Positions 31,535-37,274 of a stretch of 37,274 nucleotides of DNA are shown piece after piece. Both the position numbers and the translations under genes were made by a program. The notes under the pieces were generated by a model, which was not told the origin of the DNA, made no database searches, and worked only from the letters and a program-made list of their open reading frames with translations. Within the stretch, counting starts at the first letter, position 1. Each line of letters begins with the position of its first letter. Origin of the DNA: a virus. The DNA is taken from IMG/VR virus record IMGVR_UViG_3300045988_155223, one strand, 5' to 3'.

Positions 31535-32447
31535 TATCAGGCAGAAACTGTCCGATCCGGAGAAGGTGAGTTGGCTGGCGGCTTGTGGCTGGCCGGAGGA
31601 AGATATAGCAAAGTCTTTGGGTATGTCTCATAGGGCTTTTATGGATAGGGTCGAAGATCCAGCGGATGAACTTTTTGACAGCGTGGCACGAGGACGTCTC
31701 CAGAAGCGAGCTGAGGTGGAAATCAATATCGCGCGGTTCGCAGCTGCCGGCGATACTGACTCCATCAAGCAGTTCTCGGAAATTGTCCGTGACAGGTCGT
31801 TCTCCATTTCCAAGCTGGATCTGTTCGGTGGCGCGGAAAAAGAGGGTGCCTTCCAGCGTATTCAGGACTATATTGCGTCCGGCTCCAAAGGTACGCTGAG
31901 CGAGAAAGAGCAGGTGTATGTGGATATCCTCACACTTATCTATTCTCTCGACGGGCAGTATGGGAAGCGCAGGACAATAAAGTTCCTGACGGCCGCACCG
32001 TTCAACTTCAGTTACGATCATGCTTCTGACATGTACAGCGAGGCTACCGAGATGTTCTATTGTAACAGGAAAATTTCCAAGGAAGCGCTGCGGAACAAAA
32101 TTGCAGACCAGTTCGACGCTCTCTATATTGCTGCCAGGGATGCGGCGCAGACTTCCAGGGATTACGAGGTGGCCGCCAATATCCTTGCGAACAAGGCTAG
32201 GGCCTTGCAGCTGGACAAGGATGATCCTGTAAAGCTTCCGGCGGAGATGTATGTCAAACCGTTCCGCGTATTGTCATTGACTCCGGAATCGATTGGTCTG
32301 CCGGCGGTGAACAGACAGGAGCTTGGGCGCCAGATAGAGGGCCTTGTCGCGCCTGAGATGGTGAAGAAGCGTCTGAAGATGGAGGCCGGTGTCACAGATA
32401 TGAACGTGGAAGAGATATTGAGCAATGGGGTACAGGAAGAAAGTTAA
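31518..32447 (+). CDS. Putative terminase small subunit
   Basis: N-terminal HTH-like segment (VSWLAACGWPEEDIAKSLGMSHRAFMDRV). It lies immediately upstream of, and overlaps, the large terminase gene. Confidence 0.5.
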   Translation: MEENNDIRQKLSDPEKVSWLAACGWPEEDIAKSLGMSHRAFMDRVEDPADELFDSVARGRLQKRAEVEINIARFAAAGDTDSIKQFSEIVRDRSFSISKLDLFGGAEKEGAFQRIQDYIASGSKGTLSEKEQVYVDILTLIYSLDGQYGKRRTIKFLTAAPFNFSYDHASDMYSEATEMFYCNRKISKEALRNKIADQFDALYIAARDAAQTSRDYEVAANILANKARALQLDKDDPVKLPAEMYVKPFRVLSLTPESIGLPAVNRQELGRQIEGLVAPEMVKKRLKMEAGVTDMNVEEILSNGVQEES

Positions 32448-34200
32448 TACATCGAGGACCGAGTCCGCATCGGTTCAGTATCAGAACAAGTTCGCACAGG
32501 TTACGTCTTTGGTCTCGGCTTGCCAGTGCGTGGCCGTTCTTGGCCGTGGTGCCGCAAAGACTACGGACATTCAGGCAGAGAGATTGTTTGATGTGATTTA
32601 TGAGTTGCCCGGGGCGCCGTGCGTTTGGGTGGCTGATACTTTCAATAACCTTTCTTCCAATATCCTTCCGGCAGTTCTTGAGGGCCTGGAGCGGAAGGGA
32701 CTGAAAGAGGGCGTTCATTATGTTGTCGAGAAGGAGCCTCCCCAGTTCTCGGAGGCGGAGAAATCGGATCTTCCGTCCTGGCTGAAGCCTCATTTTTGGA
32801 AGCCGTTCAATAAGCTGGTGTCGTATAAACGCACGATTGTTTTCTATACGGGCACCAATATCCGCTTCGGCTCGCTCGACCGGCCATCAACATTGGCCGG
32901 AGCTTCCTATGTGTACGTTTTTGGGGATGAGGTCAAATACTTCAAGGAGGAAAAGATTTCCAATCTTCTGAAGGCTGTTCGCGGTTATCGTGCCGAGTAT
33001 GGACACAGTGTGTACTATCGCGGGTTCTCGTTCACGACGGACATGCCGGATACCTCACACGTCGGCGAATATGATTGGGTTCTGAAATATGCGGCCAGCA
33101 TGAATTTGCCGGCGATACTCCTTGTAATCCGTGCGGGTCTTGTATATAATGAATCTCTGCAGGAGTGTGTGGCCGCAAGGGACAAGTGGGTGAAGACCGG
33201 CTCGCAGGAAGATTATAATGAGTTCAGGAACAAGTGCCGCACTGCCGATCTGTGGCGCTCCAGATGGCAGGAACTTCGGATGAGACCGGAGGCAAGGACC
33301 TTCTTCATCCAGGCATCCAGTTATATCAATGCCGATATCCTTACAGAGGAGTGGTTCTCTGATGCGATTGCCGCGCAGCTGCCTGACCTCAAGACTGCCA
33401 TACTGTCGATGAAGCCGACGCTTGATTCCGGGGACAGGTTCTACACGGCATTGGCCGAAAGGCATTTCTATTATGACGGAATCAATGAGTCTGCATACGA
33501 CGACATGAACATGATGGATGTGGAAGACTGCCGCGTCCTGAAGTATGTGGATATGGACAAGCCGCTGATGGCGGGCGTTGACTTCGGCAATATGTGCTCA
33601 ATGTCTGTTGCCCAGAACTGCAAGGAGGGAACAAGGGATTGCATCCGTGTGATCAAGTTCCTGCACACGCTGCCTCCTGACTATGTCCCCGAGCTCGGGA
33701 AAAAGTTCAGGCGCTATTTCAAGCCGCTCGGCTCCCGCATTCTGAAACTTTATTATGACCGTGCCGGCAATGCCTACAAGTCTGTAGGAGAAGACCAGGT
33801 CAGCAAGCTGAAGCGTGCCATCGAGTATGACGGGAGCGAGCGCACCGGCTGGACGGTTCAGCTCATGTCCATCAATCAGGGCAACATTCCACAGCCTGAA
33901 GAATATGCGTTTATGCAGGAACTGTTCTCGGAGACGAATCCTAGACTTCCGGTAGTCCGCATCGATGCTTCGGCTGCCAAGTATCTGAAGCTGTCACTGG
34001 AAAATGCGAGGACAAAAGTGAAGTCCGGGATTGTGTTCAAGGACAAGAGTACTGAGAGGCTGCCTGTGGATTTACTTCCTACACGGTCAACCAATCCGTC
34101 CGACTCTTTCAAGTATCTTACTATGACCAAGCAACTTAGGCAGATAGCGAAAGGCCGTGTGCCTGCCTCATCCGCCTCCTCTGATCCTCAATGCCGTTAG
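32425..34200 (+). CDS. terL: Terminase large subunit
   Basis: Walker A-like VLGRGAAKT, Walker B-like YVYVFGDE, and a downstream nuclease-type acidic motif MAGVDFG. At 591 aa its size is typical. Confidence 0.75.
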   Translation: MGYRKKVNTSRTESASVQYQNKFAQVTSLVSACQCVAVLGRGAAKTTDIQAERLFDVIYELPGAPCVWVADTFNNLSSNILPAVLEGLERKGLKEGVHYVVEKEPPQFSEAEKSDLPSWLKPHFWKPFNKLVSYKRTIVFYTGTNIRFGSLDRPSTLAGASYVYVFGDEVKYFKEEKISNLLKAVRGYRAEYGHSVYYRGFSFTTDMPDTSHVGEYDWVLKYAASMNLPAILLVIRAGLVYNESLQECVAARDKWVKTGSQEDYNEFRNKCRTADLWRSRWQELRMRPEARTFFIQASSYINADILTEEWFSDAIAAQLPDLKTAILSMKPTLDSGDRFYTALAERHFYYDGINESAYDDMNMMDVEDCRVLKYVDMDKPLMAGVDFGNMCSMSVAQNCKEGTRDCIRVIKFLHTLPPDYVPELGKKFRRYFKPLGSRILKLYYDRAGNAYKSVGEDQVSKLKRAIEYDGSERTGWTVQLMSINQGNIPQPEEYAFMQELFSETNPRLPVVRIDASAAKYLKLSLENARTKVKSGIVFKDKSTERLPVDLLPTRSTNPSDSFKYLTMTKQLRQIAKGRVPASSASSDPQCR

Positions 34201-34433
34201 CGTCATTCTGTCATGGCATCGCCATATATCACTCCGGTTGCGGTTTGCAATCGCATCCGTTTCGGAGCGCGGTCGGGCTCTTCTGTGACGAGAAATAGAT
34301 GTTTTGTCGGGGAAATTCAGCCAAGTGCTGCATTTTTAGCGGGTTGCGCGTAAAATGGTACCGCGTCAATGCTGTTTTACGTTGTTTCTGACATTGAAAA
34401 TGGCAGTTCTTGTCATCGGTCCAGCTGGCGCGG

Positions 34434-34469
34434 TGTCCTTTATTGGGGCGTCGCCAAGGCTTACCTTTG
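34434..34469 (+). promoter_or_regulatory. Late-type promoter copy 4 (TGTCCTTTATT-N17-TACCTTTG)
   Basis: Same composite motif. ATG 34474 lies only 4 nt downstream, so the mRNA is leaderless or near-leaderless, or the true start is ATG 34501. Confidence 0.5.
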
Positions 34470-34473
34470 TGCC

Positions 34474-34746
34474 ATGAATGTTTATGAAGCCATTGAAAAG
34501 ATGAGGAAGCTTTCTGCTGCTGGCGAGAGCTTCAGTTTTACGTTCATGTCATACAACAGCAGTACAGGCAAAAGTGATGGCGTTGTCGAAGTCCGGCATG
34601 GTATGCTGAGGACCAGACAAAGCGCTGATTATAACAAGAATGCCGAATATATGGAGTCTTACATTGACTTGGACACTGGTGAGTACAGGCAGTTCTGGCA
34701 GCCTCTGCTGATGACTTTTGAAGGAGAAAAAACAATATTGATATGA
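34474..34746 (+). CDS. Hypothetical small protein
   Basis: ATG 34474 is preferred, because the ORF-track start at 34369 lies upstream of the promoter motif. There is an ATGA overlap with the portal candidate. Confidence 0.5.
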   Translation: MNVYEAIEKMRKLSAAGESFSFTFMSYNSSTGKSDGVVEVRHGMLRTRQSADYNKNAEYMESYIDLDTGEYRQFWQPLLMTFEGEKTILI

Positions 34747-36095
34747 AGAAGAAAATTTCAGATCATACCTGGATAAAGGTCCTGGATGACGGGAGGGCGT
34801 TCACGTTGTCTAATAAGAGAGACAGCGGGCTTGACACTATCCTGCGGCAGGCTCAGGAGCGGAATTGGGAGTATATGCCGGCAACCGTCTGCGGGCAAAA
34901 GATAATTCCGTATGGCTCGGACAATATGCTGCCGTCGCGGTTGCGCGATGTGCTGGACGGGAGCAATCTCGGACCAGGCATCTTGGAGCGCCAGATGGGG
35001 CTTCTCTTCGGACAAGGGGTGTTTTTGTCGCGTCTGGCCTTCGAGGATGGCAAAATTATCCACCAATGGCTGGAAGACAAAGAGATACAATCGTGGCTGG
35101 ATGACTGGGATTATATTGCTTATATCAAGGGCTGCATGACAGATTATTTGCATCTTAAAGGCTTCTTTGACGCCAGATACCTGACGCGCGGGCACAGGAT
35201 TGGAGGAGAGAAGCGGATATCGCATCTGGAACACATTCCAGCTAAAAATGCGCGGCTCGAATGGACCGACACACGCAATATTGCGGATGTGAAGCATATC
35301 GTAGTCGGGGACTTCGAGCATTCTTGCATTGGAACAGGAGTACGGGTTTATCCTGTGTATGACAGGCGCGATCCTGGCAAGTATGCCGCTTCTGCGTCAT
35401 ATAATCATACGTACTCTTTTTCTAGGGATTTTTATTCCGTGCCGTCGTATTGGGGAGCGCTCCGCTGGATTATCCGCGGCTCTGAAATTCCATCCATCTT
35501 CAAGTATGTGACGGACAATGGAATCAATCTTGCCTATCACATCCAGGCACCTAAGGAATACTGGGATGAGAAGCGGAATTCGTTGAGAATGGAGCATCCT
35601 GAATGGTCGGATACTGAGATTGAGGATAAAATCAGCGACCTTACCAGTAGCCTTCTCGATAGCGTCACCGAGGTTCTTTCCGGCAAGGAAAATGCTGGTA
35701 AGTTCTTCTACACGGTCGATGTTCCGTCGGAGTCCGGTTCCGAGAGGGCCCAGTGGAAGATTGCAGCAGTGGACCAGAAGATCAAGGATTTCGTGGAGAG
35801 CCAGCTGAAGATCTCCGAAGCTTCGACTTCAGCTATCACGTCGGGAATGGGGCTGCACCCGTCACTTTCAAACGTCATGGTGAACGGAAAACTGGCATCC
35901 GGCTCGGAACTGCTGTACGCTTTCAAGTTGTTCTTGCTGTCGGACACGGAGATTGCATCAAGCGCAATTCTTGAACCTATAAATCAGGCGATATCGTTTA
36001 ATTTCCCTGGCAAAGGGCTTAAACTGGCGTTCTATCATAAACAATTGGAGGCGGAGGATGCGCTCACATCATCTGCACGGATAAAAAATCAATGA
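34743..36095 (+). CDS. Putative portal protein
   Basis: 450-aa ORF downstream of terL. The assignment rests on size and position only. Confidence 0.5.
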   Translation: MKKKISDHTWIKVLDDGRAFTLSNKRDSGLDTILRQAQERNWEYMPATVCGQKIIPYGSDNMLPSRLRDVLDGSNLGPGILERQMGLLFGQGVFLSRLAFEDGKIIHQWLEDKEIQSWLDDWDYIAYIKGCMTDYLHLKGFFDARYLTRGHRIGGEKRISHLEHIPAKNARLEWTDTRNIADVKHIVVGDFEHSCIGTGVRVYPVYDRRDPGKYAASASYNHTYSFSRDFYSVPSYWGALRWIIRGSEIPSIFKYVTDNGINLAYHIQAPKEYWDEKRNSLRMEHPEWSDTEIEDKISDLTSSLLDSVTEVLSGKENAGKFFYTVDVPSESGSERAQWKIAAVDQKIKDFVESQLKISEASTSAITSGMGLHPSLSNVMVNGKLASGSELLYAFKLFLLSDTEIASSAILEPINQAISFNFPGKGLKLAFYHKQLEAEDALTSSARIKNQ

Positions 36096-37015
36096 TTATG
36101 CGACTTTTCAACAAAGACGACAGAGGCTCGATAGAGTTGGAAGATCTGACGGGCCAATGGTATGCTTCTTCTCCTTATCGGGCAATCAGCACGGAAATAG
36201 ATTTTGCTGTGCGCGAAGTCCGGGACCGCGTTGGAATGGAGGTGATGAACCTTGCGGCGGAAGCTTATCAGAGGGGAGTGGATATGGAACTGGCCAATGC
36301 CGTCCGTATGCCTGTAGCCTTTCTTGCAATCATGCGTTATGCGGCATTGTCAACAGTCTCCCATGAATCGACAGGGCGGAAGGTGAAGATGGACGACAAC
36401 GAGAAAATGCCGTTCGAGTGGATGGTTGACCGTGACGACAGGGCTATGAGAGAGCGATATTATCGCGCCATGGACGCATTGTATTCATATCTTGAGGACA
36501 ACAATGTTCCGGAGTGGATGAACTCAGATGTGCGCGGTAGCGTCAGAAGGTCCATTGTGAGGTCTCTTAAAGATTTCGAGGCGGTCTATCCTATCGAGGG
36601 AAGTTACTATGTCTATTATATGCTCCAGAATCTTGTGATAGAGGAGCAGGATAATGAACTTGAACAGTATTTCGGCGGCTATTGGGAGGATATCCTTGCC
36701 GGCAGCTGCGAACAGCCTCTTCAATCATTGGCAGTGAGGGCGGCCGTGCTCTCATCAGTTGTGATGGCAGGTGAAAGATGGTCATTGACAGTCTTTCCGC
36801 TGGAGATTGCGAAGCGCTTTTCTCCTACATATCAGGGAAATAAGGCTTCAGAAAAGGCTTCTGTTGCCGAAGTTGACTGGTATCTGGACAAATTGAGGAA
36901 GCAGAAAGCAGAGGTGATGAACAAGATCAGGGCTATACTCAGCAGAGGCAGCGGTCCTGTAGGCCGTCTTTTGCCGAAGAATGATCCGAAAAAGAAATAT
37001 TGTACGACTGTATGA
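36092..37015 (+). CDS. Hypothetical head/neck morphogenesis protein
   Basis: 307-aa ORF with ATGA overlaps at both ends. Confidence 0.6.
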   Translation: MIMRLFNKDDRGSIELEDLTGQWYASSPYRAISTEIDFAVREVRDRVGMEVMNLAAEAYQRGVDMELANAVRMPVAFLAIMRYAALSTVSHESTGRKVKMDDNEKMPFEWMVDRDDRAMRERYYRAMDALYSYLEDNNVPEWMNSDVRGSVRRSIVRSLKDFEAVYPIEGSYYVYYMLQNLVIEEQDNELEQYFGGYWEDILAGSCEQPLQSLAVRAAVLSSVVMAGERWSLTVFPLEIAKRFSPTYQGNKASEKASVAEVDWYLDKLRKQKAEVMNKIRAILSRGSGPVGRLLPKNDPKKKYCTTV

Positions 37016-37274
37016 CGTCTATCGAAATATTTGAGACCGGGCGCACGGCTGAAATACCGTCTTCGTGGGACGAAATGACTCCGACTCAGATTTGCTGGGT
37101 GTTCCAGATGTTCGAGGCATGTGTTGCAGCAGGAAAGTCTCCGTTGGAGTTCAATGTCAGGGTTCTATATTATTTTCTCGGGCTGGAAGTCAATGCCTGG
37201 GAGATTGGAGCAGCTGCTGCCGATAGGGAGTCTTTCACAAAGCGCGACGAGAATATCTTCAGGCTCTGTGACGG
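37012..37274 (+). CDS. N-terminal part of the junction-spanning CDS (continues at nt 56 = 3..650 frame)
   Basis: ATG at 37012 overlaps the upstream stop (ATGA). The ORF is open to the window end and in phase with 3..650 after the 55-nt overlap is collapsed. Confidence 0.7.
   Translation, partial: MTSIEIFETGRTAEIPSSWDEMTPTQICWVFQMFEACVAAGKSPLEFNVRVLYYFLGLEVNAWEIGAAAADRESFTKRDENIFRLCD
37220..37274. repeat. Terminal overlap, right copy (identical to 1-55)
   Basis: Same 55-mer as nt 1-55. Confidence 0.95.

Larger units (their letters stand above)
1..37274. mobile_element. Complete circularly closed temperate tailed-phage (Bacteroidota-type) genome; unique length 37,219 bp
   Basis: The 55-nt terminal overlap closes the circle. 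A full set of phage modules is present (terminase, portal, protease, capsid, tape measure, tail fibres, lysis, integrase, repressor, replication). A CDS reads through the junction. TTTG-N19-TAnnTTTG promoters and a Bacteroides-style integrase point to the host phylum. Confidence 0.85.

Noticed and set aside
34201-34433. ~230-bp ORF-free gap after terL as a pac site or ncRNA
   Set aside because: Only short, weak hairpins (for example CTCCG...CGGAG around 34232-34268) and no repeats or conserved motif could be verified by eye. The ORF-track extension 34369-34473 lies upstream of the promoter motif. There is not enough evidence for any specific call.
1-37274. Alternative genetic code (stop-codon reassignment) suggested by the tRNA-like elements
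   Set aside because: All large genes (tape measure, primase-helicase, terL, capsid candidate) are read as uninterrupted ORFs with the standard code, and TAA, TAG and TGA are all used as terminators. No recoding is needed.

Overview
The window is one complete, circularly closed temperate tailed-phage genome. Nt 1-55 are identical to 37220-37274, so the unique length is 37,219 bp, and one CDS reads through the junction. It has Bacteroidota hallmarks: TTTG/TAnnTTTG promoters, an arm-domain tyrosine integrase and weak Shine-Dalgarno usage.

Gene order on the + strand:
- neck/virion genes
- an inserted toxin-antitoxin moron (Panacea/SocA-like antitoxin plus MazF/PemK-like toxin) and a small membrane protein
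- a 1420-aa tape measure protein
- tail and tail-fibre genes
- a diversity-generating retroelement (target protein with C-terminal VR, Avd-like protein, TR, reverse transcriptase)
- a lysis cassette (holin, M15 endolysin, unimolecular-spanin-like lipoprotein)

The lysogeny module is on the - strand: integrase with an attP-like repeat field, then a tightly coupled operon of CI-like repressor, GHKL (SpoIIAB-like) ATPase and STAS-like (DUF4325-like) protein.

The + strand then resumes with:
- a Cro-like gene and small early genes
- a GC-rich ORF-free block carrying two tRNA-like modules
- a Toprim primase / P-loop helicase fusion
- an iteron-type origin
- S49 prohead protease, putative capsid protein, small and large terminase, and putative portal

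Items most worth follow-up:
1. The phage-borne GHKL ATPase + STAS-like pair co-transcribed with the repressor.
2. The DGR, where 10 of 10 VR/TR differences fall on TR adenines.
3. The Panacea-type TA moron, which sits where tail chaperone genes are expected.
4. Two sequence-motif networks: a TAACAWWTGTTA operator at three loci, and a TGTCCTTT...TAnnTTTG late promoter at four loci.
5. The tRNA-like non-coding block.
6. A GTGCGTCAG iteron field.

All functional calls rest on motif recognition by eye and on synteny. No database search was possible.
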